A stretch of 62,609 nucleotides of DNA, the filler included, from Globobulimina sp. (taxonomy: Eukaryota), in NCBI GenBank assembly GCA_003354225.1. It is 29 parts of 29 records of this genome, joined end to end, with 100 filler letters (N's around TTAATTAATTAA, not from the genome) between each part and the next. Parts side by side here need not be neighbours in the genome. Positions count along the whole stretch, not along the records: positions 32,448 to 34,509 come from PIVH01009323.1; positions 34,610 to 36,671 come from PIVH01009324.1; positions 36,772 to 38,833 come from PIVH01009325.1; positions 38,934 to 40,995 come from PIVH01009326.1; positions 41,096 to 43,157 come from PIVH01009327.1; positions 43,258 to 45,319 come from PIVH01009328.1; positions 45,420 to 47,481 come from PIVH01009329.1; 22 more parts are not named here. One strand, written 5' to 3'. Of the stretch, positions 32,843 to 45,852 are shown piece by piece; positions within the stretch are counted from its first letter, which is position 1; each line of letters opens with the position of its first letter. Under the pieces are notes generated by a model. It saw only the letters and a list, made by a program, of their open reading frames with translations, searched no databases and was not told where the DNA came from. The position numbers and the translations under genes are program-made.

Positions 32843-34179
32843 ATGGCGTTGATAGCAAGCCATATAATTTACGTAATATACACAGCATTCATTTTGCATA
32901 TTTGCCATGCATCAGAATCAGAAACATGTGAGATATCAAATGATGGACTATCACCATGCACGCCTTTATGTGAAACCGAACAATGGATATCACAAAATGG
33001 GTCAATCCCAGGATATCATGTATTATGCATTACCAAAGACGACACCAATGCATTAAATATCGAATTCTATCGGGATGGAACACCGACTACATCCCATTCA
33101 GGTCAATATGTATCAAATGCAAAAGATTACAAATCATTACGTATTGAGTTAGAACGTATATTAAAAATTCACCACACGGACAAAAAACGAGTCTCTATTC
33201 CTGATGCAAAGGATAAACCAAACCGATGGGGCACATTCAAACCAAATGGTGTTCGTGTATTAGATTTCGATTTATGTATTGGTACACTGTTAGTCTTCGA
33301 AGGCGGTATCTTTATTTATCCAGCAATCCATACCGGTTTCATACGCGATGTACATATAAAAGGCAGCGACGCTGAACAAGCTAAAATATTTACGGTATTG
33401 TTTCCAGCTCAAATACAAATTAAATATACGTAACCTGTGAAATATGAAATGTCTGAGCACGGAATTACTGCTATTGAGTCCATACAGTTGTACGTATATT
33501 TAATTTGCAGTTGACAACGTTGAGTGTGCATCCTCCAGTATTTTTGGTAGAAAATTTTATTGAAAAGTCTGACTGTGATCATATTGTATCGATTTCCGAA
33601 GCCCATATGCAAATATCTACGGTGCACCACATGCATAATACCGATGGAGACGCAGCCAAATGGAGGACCTCTACCACTCACTGGTTGCGACAAACTGACG
33701 ACATTACTGAAAGAATTAAGGTTCATTGTGCTAAATTATTAAAAATGCCAAAGGAAAATCAAGAGGTGATCCAAGTATTACGATATGAAGAAAGTGAGCA
33801 ATATGACAGTCATTGGGATTATTTTGAGCCATCGTTGTATAAAGGAACGGCAATGGAAAATAAAATCCGCGGAGGAAGGAATCGCATAGCTACGTTGTTT
33901 TGGTATATGAGCGATGTTTTTGATGGCGGCTGGACATATTTTCCACGTTCTGGTAACTTGCCACATCCATCAAGTCTTAAATTGAAAAAAATAAGTGATT
34001 GTCAAAGTGGTGGGTTGCGAGTGGAACCAAGAAAAGGCGCAGTTATTTTGTTTTATAATATGAAGGCAAATGGTGAGGTTGATCCACTGTCTCTGCATGG
34101 CGCATGTCCGGTGGGTCAAGGTTATGTGAAATGGGGTGCGAATATATGGTATTGGTCAAAGAATGCTGCGTTTTATTGA
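32843..34179 (+). CDS. Prolyl 4-hydroxylase (2OG-Fe(II) dioxygenase) with signal peptide; intron 33395-33510
   Basis: QVLRY..YDSHWDYF, RNRIATLFWYMSDV..GG.T.FP and SLHGACPV..KW motifs. Confidence 0.92.
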
Positions 34180-34322
34180 CACGATTTTAAAAATGATGTT
34201 GTTGGATCGTAGTTTTTAGGATTTTTGAATGCATAGCACACTTTTTAAAAAGTATTCATTTCCTTCTCCAAAGTTCAAACAAGAAATCGTATCTACGGAT
34301 AAAACTCATAAAAGCGTCAACA

Positions 34323-34509
34323 ATGTGGTCCACCTGCATTAAAGAAATCAGAGCAGTCAATGATTATTTAGATTCAGAATGTATGGTATTGATTGAAAAT
34401 AAATTGAAAGAAATGGTATCAAATTGTGAACGGATTCAACGAGATTTTCATAAGCAAATTAATTCAAAAATAAAGATTGAAACACATAATAATCAAATTA
34501 TCAAAAAAG
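34323..34509 (+). CDS. Hypothetical protein N-terminus, truncated
   Basis: ATG-initiated ORF open to the contig end. Confidence 0.4.
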
Positions 34510-34609
34510 NNNNNNNNNNNNNNNNNNNNNNNNNNNNNNNNNNNNNNNNNNNNTTAATTAATTAANNNNNNNNNNNNNNNNNNNNNNNNNNNNNNNNNNN
34601 NNNNNNNNN

Positions 34610-34823
34610 CAAATCCTGTATTTTTTTTCAGTGAAATAAACTCTCGATGGGTTTTAAAATAATAAACCAACGATTCAAACTGCTCTTTTTCTTCTTCATC
34701 TTGTACTTGTTTGTTTGTTTTGGATTTTGTGAACAAGTAAACTACAATAAATCCAATAATAATGGTAATACTTAATGAAAATAAATATGTTGACATTCGG
34801 ATTGTTGCATTTTTTGGATTCAT
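34610..34823 (-). CDS. N-terminally membrane-anchored protein, truncated
   Basis: Hydrophobic LFSLSITIIIGFIVVYLF followed by a charged segment. Confidence 0.5.
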
Positions 34824-34867
34824 TTAAGCAGTTTTCAACCTGAGTCAAGCTTGCAGTGAGTGTTTGA

Positions 34868-36671
34868 ATGGGCGGCTTACTAAATTCAAATACTGTCCAT
34901 GGTCATGATACCATATCATTAAACGATACCATATCATCATTAAGAAAACTATGTGGTACACATACTATAAACTTGAATGATGAATTTTGGAGCAAAGACG
35001 TGAACCAAATGGCAGCAAATCTGCATGAGCTAGATTGTAAAATGCAACACATTGAACAAGAAATGATGACATTATGCAATAATTTTGTAATAAATAATAT
35101 CCAAACCCGAAACCTAAACACTTTAATTCAACACATTACCAATTTGTTTCGTGTAATTTTGAAAAATGATAAATCTGAAAACAGCTCACATCATTTAATA
35201 ATATCCATCAATTTATTACTATTAATTCGTGTATTTATCAAATACTTTGTTGAAGTCTCCTCATTCAATCAATTATCATTACAATTCTCTCAAAAAGACA
35301 TTCCAATTATTTCTAAATTCTATCAAACATTAATATGTATTTTACAACATTTTTTACCCGATTTATTGCATGCAAAATATCAAGAAAATGAACAAAAAAT
35401 TAATGAACATGAACACCATAATTATTCCGCAAAAATCCAGGATTTATACTTAGAAATAACATCCTTTATATTATCCATATCATCAACGCAGTTATTTATT
35501 AATCCACAATTCAATGATATCTATATAGCAAACACTGAAATGCATAACAGACATTTTTTACTGCAGCAATTATTAAACTTATCCGTCAATGATCTAACCA
35601 CTTTAAATCATGTATTAATATGTATCATATCACATAATCATCAAACAAATGGCAACAGTCTCAACACGGACATGTACACAACACCAGACATTACAGACAC
35701 ATATTCGTCAGTCACCACGCAAGAAAGTCTCAGTTTGGGCTTAAGCGACAATGACATGTCCATTGGCAATGAATGTGACGATAAAAATGAACAAAATGGA
35801 AGTAACTTTTTAATGAATATTGGAAGAAATATATTTGATTTGTTTTATAACGGATGGAGTTCATATTTCATTGAATATGATATATTGCACGATAGCCCAT
35901 TAAAGGAACATTGTGTGCTGATTTTATTACTTTTAACACATCAAAAATGGTATGTTTTATATTTTTTTATAGCAAAATAGTTTGTTTTTGTTGTTTTTAA
36001 GCAGTGGAATGCCTAAGAATACTATGTACAGTCTAATGAGCCAACTGCATGATGGCAGTATTGAAGCGAATGCACAATGTATGAGGTTGACATTCAATGA
36101 ATATTCAAATCATTTGTTGTTAGATATTTCGTTTCAACATTTATTCGAATCGATATTAAAATCATTGAATGAGACTGTAACTAATAAAAAAGCATTCAAT
36201 TTAGATAAATATTCATATATTATACCAGCAAATAACAATCAACAAAATGAAAATGAAATAACACCAAATAAATGTAGAGGGAATATATCATTTTCAACCG
36301 CATTACTTTTGTTATACACATTGATATCAAACAACAATAAGTTTAAAGAATATATATTTGCATTTACTGAAATTGATAAGTTGATACTGCCGCTATTGCA
36401 TTATATAAATTATATTTGTTATCAACAAATTGATTTGCGATTATCATCGTTATCACATACCATCTATGTGCTGCTTATTGTATTATTTATATTTTCTGAG
36501 GATGCGTTTTTTAAAGAAACTGCTTTTAATCAAATTATATATGATAATGATAGGAATAAACATAAACATTATTCCGTAAGTATGCATCTTACAAATATTG
36601 AATCAAAAGAAAGGATTTCATGGTATAAAAAAGTTGTTATTTTGAAGATAAATAATCAATCAAAGAGAAGG
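34868..36671 (+). CDS. DYM: Dymeclin-like protein; intron about 35950-36004; 3' truncated
   Basis: MG start; LLLYTLISNNNKFKEYI, IYVLLIVLFIFSED..F and ISWYK motifs. Confidence 0.85.
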
Positions 36672-38746
36672 NNNNNNNNNNNNNNNNNNNNNNNNNNNNN
36701 NNNNNNNNNNNNNNNTTAATTAATTAANNNNNNNNNNNNNNNNNNNNNNNNNNNNNNNNNNNNNNNNNNNNCCACCACAATTAAGCACACATTATGTCAA
36801 TAAAAAGAGAGTGAGCCGACAATTAAAACCACAATTAGAAGATGTGACATCTGATGGATCTGTAACATCGGTAAGTTTATTAAATGCATTGAGTCCACTA
36901 CAGCGAATTGGGAATAATGATATTGTTAATAAGGAAATTGACTATCTTGATGTTGGTCACTATGGACAGGATTCGACGAGTTGCAGTTTACGAACGGCGG
37001 CGAGTTTTGTAACTGCATCTTCTACCTTCTCTTCCATCACGCATCAAACATGTATAAGTTACATTTATTCCAATTACATCAAATGTCTTCCCTTTCAGTT
37101 CTAAAATCCAATCCAAATCATTTGCTTTGCCCACAACTGATTGAGTAATATTTATAAAACATTCAGAAAAATATAATCCGCATAACCAACTAACTTCGTT
37201 GAAGCTGATATTGCCTGCATATTAATGTCTGTATCTTCAACACATGTGCAACTTTATCATATATATATATTTAAATTGAAAATGATTAAAATTAAATTTT
37301 AAATCTGGATTCCCCATCGATCGGACGTCGACATTAACGCCAACAAATTATCCAACAATGTTGCAACATATTCATTCATTCATTCCTGCCCAATCTCCAA
37401 TGTCTAAGTACAATTTATTAATATTTTGGAGCGCCAACCCGATCTTAACTCTAATATTTTTATAGTACTGCCAGTTATATAATTATTTAGTGTCTTTTCA
37501 TATATATTGGCTTTCAGTGATTTTGTCCTTGAATACCAAGGATGATGATAATGTTTGTGGTCTATGAATAATTCTAAATAATACAATGAATTGGGGTCTC
37601 TTGCCGCGATATTTAAACATCGACAGACTTTTTGAACTTGAATTAAATAATTCTTTTTCTTTTAGAAAATTAAAAGCTACAATTTTTAAATCTTTTGGGA
37701 CGCTTAGAAACGTTAATGGTTGTTTTTCATCATTTTCTTTTTTATCTTCGTCGTTTGAGTCAATGGCACTTTTTGAAATGCTGTCATCTAAATTTATTAA
37801 TTGTTTTCAATGGGTGAGGATGATAAAATATTTTGAAATATATGAGAGGAAATATCCGTTGATTTGGTGCATTAAATATGATATTTGATTCAATTGATTG
37901 GTCAACAATTGCAAATTAACTATGATTGAACTTTATGTCTAGCCCTCGCTCACATAATTGTAATGCCTATGTTTTTCATGGGAACGTGGGTTGTTCAGTT
38001 CTTTTGATATTGGACGTGATCTTTCTGTGATAATTTATGTTTATGAAAAGTGTCTATAGGTTAAGTCCGTTTTGATATTGATGCACATCTAAACTAACAG
38101 CAATTCTTTGTATTGAATTAAAACTTCCCTCTCATTCTATAAAATGTTGCCTCTCCGCGCACAAAAGAAGTGTGAACTAAAAAGTTAATATGGATTGAAT
38201 AAATCGATAGATGCGTAATATACGATATATATATTAATATAAACCGTTTTTGTTTCAAAAATCCGAACATATTTTGTAAAATCGTTATGTTTGCTTTGTT
38301 ATCAACGGCTAATAATTGACATTAATTGCAACATAATAATATTTAAACCATTTACATTTGTGATTTAATAATCACTCTGAATATTTTGAACTAGTCTCAA
38401 TTTCTCCGATATTACTTATTGACAAATATTGCAACATTTGTGTATTTTGTATGATTATAATATCATATTTATTATCTTTGTCGTTAATTTGCATTGATTT
38501 TCTTTACAATAAATCTTGAAAATGGTCCATTTTAAGAAAATGTAAGAAAGTATGTTTTTTATCACAAAACTGTAGCTATACTTTCAAAATCATCTCGGTG
38601 GCTCAAACCTCGTTACTTTGTGAACAAAATAATTAATACCACCTGATGAGTCTCCACAACATCAACATGAATAAAAACAGTGGTATGTTTGCAACGTTTT
38701 TCTTTCTGATGAGTGAAAACACATTAATATATATATATATATATAT

Positions 38747-38833
38747 AACCAACCCTAACCAACCCTAACCAACCCTAACCAACCCTACCCAATCCTAACC
38801 AATCCTAACCAATCCTAACCAATCCTAACCAAT
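38747..38833. repeat. Telomere-like 10-mer tandem repeat (AACCCTAACC then AATCCTAACC) preceded by (TA)n
   Basis: About four units of each variant running to the contig end. Confidence 0.9.
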
Positions 38834-38933
38834 NNNNNNNNNNNNNNNNNNNNNNNNNNNNNNNNNNNNNNNNNNNNTTAATTAATTAANNNNNNNNNNN
38901 NNNNNNNNNNNNNNNNNNNNNNNNNNNNNNNNN

Positions 38934-40995
38934 AATATACTTTTTGGGTTATTTGCTGGCATTTTATTAATAATTCATGGCACTAAAGATTTAAACAACG
39001 ATTTAACAGACTATACCGGGATAATTGAGATTGTTTTTGGCAGTTTTATTTTAGCGTTGGTATTATTGATAACTGCCTGGTTTCGTTCATATCGCAATTC
39101 GTTACAGACTGACGTCGAAATGATGGCGGAAGCAATTGAAACCATTCACGCTTTGTGGTCGATTCTCCTTTTTTGTGCCATTTATGCGCTTTTTATTTAT
39201 GCCTTTTTTGTGTATTGGGTTGTTTGTGCCTTATTTATTTATTCTGTGCCGGATCCAAAACACGAGACAATTCCGTCCGAATTAATTATGAGTGGTGCTA
39301 TGCCGATGGCGGATAATGATAATGGGACTTATGTGGTGTTTAGTACTTCGGATTACAAATATTTATTGATTTATCATATGATATTTGCATTGTATATATT
39401 ATTTGTATTCTGCTATTTTGCTTATTTAATATCAGCATATATCATTTTGGTTTGGTATGTTTTTGATAAGAAGAAAAAAAAAACTTTTCCGCAATTTCGC
39501 AAAATTTGTCAGGCAGTCGGTACTGTTGCTTGGTATCATATTGGTACAGCTTCGTTTGCTGCATTATCATTATTTTTTTGCTCCGATATATATCCAATTT
39601 GTAAATATGGTAAAAAGAAGATTTGTAAAAATAGTAAATGTTGTAAAAAGAGGCCGGTTCATGATAATGATGATAATGATGAAAAATATGATGACCAAGA
39701 AACCTTAACAACCGTACAAATGGTTAATAAAGAGCTTAAAGACAAATTAGATAAAGAGCTTAAAGGCAAAGAGCTTAAAGTTCATGATAATGATGAAAAA
39801 CATGATGGTAATAATGATGATAAAGAGAGAAAAAAGAGAATGTACAATGATATTAAAAACGAAGTATTTCCATTGATTGAAGAAAAAATACGAAATATGT
39901 CCATTGAATATGCGATTTCCGAGGCGATTTCTCGAAAAATGGAAAGTATTGCATGTCGACATTATTATATTAAACCACAAAAACACGGAGCTCCTGACAC
40001 CAAAAATATATTACACGAAATAAGGGGAAATATAACAAAATTCAATTATGAAAAATTAATAGAAGAGGATATTGAGGCGCTTATTGATGCAAAATACGAA
40101 AAATTACATAAAGAGCTGGAGGTTAAACGAGAGATACATGGAATGGCAGAAGATTCGAAATCTCATGAAAGCGACGCACAAGAATCAAGAAAACCGTATG
40201 GATATAATTTAGATGATATGGATCCAATTCGCAAAGAAGGTTTAACTTTTACAGCATTGCATGGCACGCACTTTCGATTGAGTTCGTATGACGCATCAAA
40301 ATTAGAAAAGGAAAATATTACTCGGTTAGCCAATGTTGACGCATATAATGAGCGGTTTGGACGGTTAGGGATTGCCACTGTTAATACTGCGATTATTGTG
40401 ATATCGATGTTCATTTTAGATTTTGAGCAGGATAATATATCCTCGTTTATTATGCCAGCAAGCATTGTATTTCTGGTATCTTACACCATCGCTTATATTT
40501 TCACCCTGATATTAGAAGTGACTGTGGGTACTTTATTAATTTGTGTGCAATTGGACATCGATGAGGTACAATGGAATAGGAATTTTGCTATAAATGAGGG
40601 CAAAATAAAACAAAACGTTACGCGATTAGGCAATGGTTTGACTGCGATGTTATCCGAACATTTGTTGATTATGGAATTAAAAGAGCGGGATGTGAATGAA
40701 AAAATTACTGTGGAAGAGGTGACGAAATATGTTAAAAATAATATTATATTAAAAAAACATAATATGCAAAATTTAGATGAGACGCAGAAAAGAAAAAAAA
40801 TATGGATTTTACGGTGGATGTTGCGAATGACCAAAAAGTATGCATTGGAAACGGAGAGGCAGTTATTAGAGACTATTGATGCTCCGATGAAGTTGACTCA
40901 ATATTTAATTGATGTTATTTTAGTAGAAAATTATTTTAATAAACAATATAAAGAAATTAAGCCAAATCAAGAAAGAGCCCGAAGAAAATGCGAAG
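38934..40995 (+). CDS. Choline transporter-like (CTL/SLC44) protein with a large hydrophilic insertion; both ends truncated
   Basis: YHIGTASFAAL, ALHGTHFRLSS and TLLICVQLD motifs; multiple TM helices. Confidence 0.8.
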
Positions 40996-41095
40996 NNNNN
41001 NNNNNNNNNNNNNNNNNNNNNNNNNNNNNNNNNNNNNNNTTAATTAATTAANNNNNNNNNNNNNNNNNNNNNNNNNNNNNNNNNNNNNNNNNNNN

Positions 41096-42231
41096 TGCAG
41101 TTTGTCTCTGTTTATACTTTAAAATGATAATTGTTATAATTTTTTTTTAATTTTTCAAACCGAAAACGGATAAATAATAAATTTAACTGTTGCAATTTTT
41201 ATATCAGTTTGTGTTTCTTGTTTCTGCTTAAAAAAAAAACAATATAAGTGCAAAAAATGCATATAACAAAAAAAAAGAATATAAAACCACCTGATTCTGT
41301 GCATATGCATCATCATAAGCTCCCATAATATTAAATAATGATTCTTGCAACAAACTAGGCACTGTTTCAGGCAAACAGTGATCTGATTTATTATTTATAT
41401 TTGAGGGTGATTCTGGTGATTGGATGGTAATTGTTGGTGAGGCATTTGTGCTGACGGACGGAAGTGATGGTGACTGTTGTGACGATATTTTTATATTTGT
41501 ATTTTTCGCATTCGTTGTATTATCAGCAGTTAATGTTGTTGGTATTATAGGTTTACATGTCTTTGTTTGTTGAATACATAATGTTGTTGCCATTAATAAA
41601 TATTCTCCGTTTTTAGCTGCATCATCATTATATTTTGTTTCTGTGAGCGTTATCTTTGGTGGTTGTCCGACTGTTTTTGTATTGTTTGGATGGCATAAAA
41701 TATGTGAACCGCTGTTGTTACTCAAAGGATTTAACATAAGATGGGAATGTAACATATGGACATCATGTATTGTTGCGAATGCTCTTTGTAGATTTGGATG
41801 GGTACTTTTACGTTTTTGTGTTACTTGAAAATCTATAAAATAAATATTTGTAATATAAATAATATAATTATGGGGCAATGGGAAAAAATAAATTAAACAA
41901 AAACGTATAAAGTTGGTACCTAATTTGTTATTGCAATTGCTATTTATTTCATATAATGTTTTTTTTGTATTATGTTGTTGGATTCTGATTCAATGAATAA
42001 ACAAAGTGAAATTACGTAAGAATTAGTGTTTCTGTTTCAAATGTTGTACAAATTAACTAATTAAGCATACGTTTGGATTTCATTATTAATATTATTATTT
42101 TTATAACTTATATTCGTTTGTGTTGCCTCAAATCTCACGTCATTGGTTTTTTTAATAATTTTATTTGTTTTGTTTGGATCATACGAATACAGGAGATCCA
42201 TTTTATGAGTATGGTGAATGTGTTCTTGCAT
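41096..42231 (-). CDS. Probable multi-exon hypothetical gene (Ser/Thr/Pro-rich)
   Basis: ATG at 42231, putative GT-AG introns and a long open exon at about 41290-41824. Confidence 0.4.
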
Positions 42232-42361
42232 TTAACGAAAGGATTGTTTGATTTTGAACCGTTTTTTTTTGTTGTCTTCCCTTTTGAGTTTTGAAAAAGA
42301 TCAAAAAACAAATTGACGCAGATGATTATTTTCTCTCTTGGTCAGTCTCAATTCATTGTGC

Positions 42362-42934
42362 ATGTATTTAAAAAATGGAGTAACAAGTGATGAGTTCGCA
42401 TTTGCAGCTCAACCAGAATCAAAAATCGGTGATCTCAAACAATTTATCATAAAACAAGAACCTTTTCCGCCATCAATTTCATTAGTACTATCACATTATG
42501 TGAATGGAAAACAATTACCTGATGATGACAACTTACTATTATCAGAATCAGGATTGCAATTCGTTACTGTTGGCGCAGGAGGTGATGAAACGTGTATTAT
42601 TTACAATTTTGAGACAGCTGAAATAAAAGTAAACTCATCAGTTACAGCGGGTGATTATGTAAATTGCATTGTTATTGTTGGCTGTAATCACTTTGTTCAA
42701 AATTTACGGAGTTGTATTGAGGAAAATTTAGCTGTCGATAATCTCCCAAACTTACCAACAAACACAATTATTGAAGTGATGCCACCCATTGGAAACACTC
42801 GTTTCCTATCAGACTTACCTGAATTTGTAATGCACGCAACAGACACATCATTTGCAAAGTTATTCGACATAAATTCTGCTAAAAGAATAAAGTTTGACGT
42901 GGATATAACGAATATGGAACAGAAACTCATATAA
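42362..42934 (+). CDS. Ubiquitin-like domain protein
   Basis: PESKIGDLKQFI...NGKQLPDDDNLLLSESGL Ubl signature. Confidence 0.6.
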   Translation: MYLKNGVTSDEFAFAAQPESKIGDLKQFIIKQEPFPPSISLVLSHYVNGKQLPDDDNLLLSESGLQFVTVGAGGDETCIIYNFETAEIKVNSSVTAGDYVNCIVIVGCNHFVQNLRSCIEENLAVDNLPNLPTNTIIEVMPPIGNTRFLSDLPEFVMHATDTSFAKLFDINSAKRIKFDVDITNMEQKLI

Positions 42935-43257
42935 TTAAAGGAGAATTCCAAGGTACATTGGACGATTTATATAAACAATGTGGCCACAAAATTAAAATAG
43001 TGATCCATCAAATTCGTGCAAATATAACACTTGCGATGCCTGATGCATATACATTACGTTTTATACGTTTATTCTGACATTTTCATTTATTATGTCTTTT
43101 CGGACTCAGCTGATTGATTGTTTGAAATCATATCACCAAAAAAGTCGAAAGTCGAAANNNNNNNNNNNNNNNNNNNNNNNNNNNNNNNNNNNNNNNNNNN
43201 NTTAATTAATTAANNNNNNNNNNNNNNNNNNNNNNNNNNNNNNNNNNNNNNNNNNNN

Positions 43258-44351
43258 GTTATCATTTCCGTATGCGTTCTGTCCGAATCTCCGCTGCAAT
43301 TTATAATGTACTTTCCGATATTTAGAATATTTTTGGTGGACCGATAATTATTAACCAATTGCACCTCTAAATAGTCTGGAAATGTGTTTTTAAATTTTGT
43401 ATGAAAATTCTGTGAGCCTCGCCATGAAAATATAGTTTGATCATTGTCTCCGACCACCATTATCGACTTGAAATCTCTCCGCTTTTTATATCTGTGCAAA
43501 ATGAGCGTTTTTGCAATTAAAAACTGGATACAATTCGTGTCCTGAAACTCGTCAATCACAAAATGCGAATATTTATTTGTGCTGACAATAATATCCAAGA
43601 TTTTGCTGCGTTTGTTACTGTTAAATAACTGCATGGTTTTCAATAATAAGTCATTAAAATCTAATTTATTTTGCGATGTTAATTCTTTCTCATATTCTAA
43701 ATATATTTTTGCTGCCAACTCATATAATTTGATCATCTCATTTCGTTGATTGTTATTCAATTTATTATTGTAATCAAAATCTTTTCTATCCACTCTCTCC
43801 ATGAATTCTTGTGCGTTTTCAATGTGTCTCTTTGCGGCGGCGATGATATTTTCTATTCTGTGGATCGCGATTTTGTCACGATTTAATTTCTCCTGTTTTA
43901 TAAATGATAATATTTGTTTATTCTGCTTCAGTATTTGTGTGATTATTGGTTGTGTTTTCGTTAATATTCCAAAGTTGCGATTTAATCCGATATATTCGCC
44001 ATATTTCCTTAGGATTTTTAAACAAAATGCATGGAAAGTTTCACATTGAACTTTTGAATAAATTGCATTTTTGTCATGGTTGTTATTATTGTGTGTAATT
44101 AATGTACGCATTATTCTATCTTGCATTTCTTTTGCGGCCTTATTTGTAAATGTCAATGCTATGATACAGTTGGTTGCTATATTTCTATTTGTGATTAGAT
44201 ATTTGATCCGTTCAACAATTACTCGCGTTTTGCCTGCTCCCGGACCTGCATTCACCCAAATTGGCAATATATCCGCGCAAACTGCTTCCCGTTGTCGATC
44301 GTCTAAATGGCTAAGTTCGTCAATGGGAGTTAGTTTAGTACGCTTGGACAT
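43258..44351 (-). CDS. UvrD/PcrA/Srs2-family SF1 helicase, N-terminal half
   Basis: AGPGAGKT, TFTNKAA, TFHAF, DEFQD, VGDNDQTIFSWRG and NYRST motifs. Confidence 0.95.
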
Positions 44352-44477
44352 GATGCACAGCGCAATCGTATGAGTTGTTAAGGTGCGTCCATGTTCAAAC
44401 AGTTTAGTAAAATGATATTATTTAAGTTTTTTATTATAGTGACAATAATGAAAAACTGTAACAACCACACAACAAAA

Positions 44478-45158
44478 TTACTGATTATCTAACTTATTGT
44501 GCAATTTGTCGGTATTTTTTATAATATTGGTAAAATCGTTTAAGTTTAGCTTGCCATCTTTATCTTGATCGACAATGTCAATTAAAATTTGTATATCTTT
44601 ATCTGTGATTTTATTATATCCAAACTTGATTAGTATATTTTTTAAGATTGAAATGTCAGCATATCCGTTGTCATTTGGATCGAATATGGTTTTGAATGAT
44701 TCCTGGACCGGATCAAAATTTACTAATTCATTATCGATTAGAATGTTGTATAAATCGTCAATATTTATTGTCGATCTGTTGTTCATCAAAGATTTGTATT
44801 CTTTTGATGATGGCCCACTTCCTCCGGATTTGTAAAATATTGACAATCTATTTCTTAAATCTGTTTCTGTCAAATATTTCTTATTCGAGACATCCAAAAA
44901 TTCAAACAATGTTTTTAGTTCTTTTTTATCGATCAGTATTCCTCCTTTCTCATTGCGTCGGATATGATTTGTTCTCTTTTTTGACCTTTTTTTCGGTGAT
45001 ACTAATTCTGCCATTTTCAAATGTATTGCTCTGAGCTCATAATTAATAAAATCAATGTCATTATCATGTAACGATGCAATCATACAATTTTGCCCAATAA
45101 TTGCTATCGTTTCTGACAAATCAAAATTAGGATGGATTACATTTATAGGTTTGTCCAT
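44478..45158 (-). CDS. Calmodulin/centrin-like EF-hand protein
   Basis: DPNDNGYAD and DQDKDGKLNLNDF EF-hand loops. Confidence 0.85.
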   Translation of the reverse strand: MDKPINVIHPNFDLSETIAIIGQNCMIASLHDNDIDFINYELRAIHLKMAELVSPKKRSKKRTNHIRRNEKGGILIDKKELKTLFEFLDVSNKKYLTETDLRNRLSIFYKSGGSGPSSKEYKSLMNNRSTINIDDLYNILIDNELVNFDPVQESFKTIFDPNDNGYADISILKNILIKFGYNKITDKDIQILIDIVDQDKDGKLNLNDFTNIIKNTDKLHNKLDNQ

Positions 45159-45419
45159 AATGGATGTCCGATTAAATCATATAACAGTATAATATTTGTC
45201 AATATTGCAAACTGAATGTAGGATAACGTTACACCTGCACTGTTCGCACAGAGTGATCATCGTCAAAATAGTTTTTTGATCACCGTCAAAATGTGAAAAA
45301 AGTTCGGAATAAAGTATGTNNNNNNNNNNNNNNNNNNNNNNNNNNNNNNNNNNNNNNNNNNNNTTAATTAATTAANNNNNNNNNNNNNNNNNNNNNNNNN
45401 NNNNNNNNNNNNNNNNNNN

Positions 45420-45737
45420 TTGAATATGTTTATAAATTTACAACATGTTATTATTTATGCGACGGAGGGGCGGGGTATAAAATCATATTCATTTTCATTT
45501 TCCGCGTTGTTGGAATTATTGAGTGATTTATCATCATTGAAAAATAACAATAAGTTGAAATGCACAATAAATGGAGTTTGGAAAGATAGAAAGAATAAAA
45601 AAGATGGTAAACAAAGTTGGATTTATTATCAATATTCAGCATCACCCACTAAATCATCATCATTTACATCCTCATTGAAGAGTGCTACTGATTATGCCGG
45701 AGATTATAATGATATCTTAACATTTGAATCAGTGTGA
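45420..45737 (+). CDS. C-terminus of an unknown protein, paralogous to 32086-32347
   Basis: KCTINGVWKD...SWIYYQY...ATDYAGDYNDILTFESV. Confidence 0.65.
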   Translation: MNMFINLQHVIIYATEGRGIKSYSFSFSALLELLSDLSSLKNNNKLKCTINGVWKDRKNKKDGKQSWIYYQYSASPTKSSSFTSSLKSATDYAGDYNDILTFESV

Positions 45738-45852
45738 AATCATAAAACATAATTATATGCTATTTATTATACATTTTTTGTTTGCTTTTTTTGTTTTGTG
45801 TTGTATTTATTGTACTCTTTTCTCTGCATAGCAACAATATAACAAAATGTAT

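Noticed and set aside
36990-37590. Possible methyltransferase remnant on the minus strand (KILELRSG, KTFDVIG)
   Set aside because: Motifs are in different frames with several stops; too weak to call even as a pseudogene
38643-38720. Two CTGATGAG hammerhead-like cores near the telomere-like repeat
   Set aside because: No stem II closing onto a GAAA and no stem I/III pairing found
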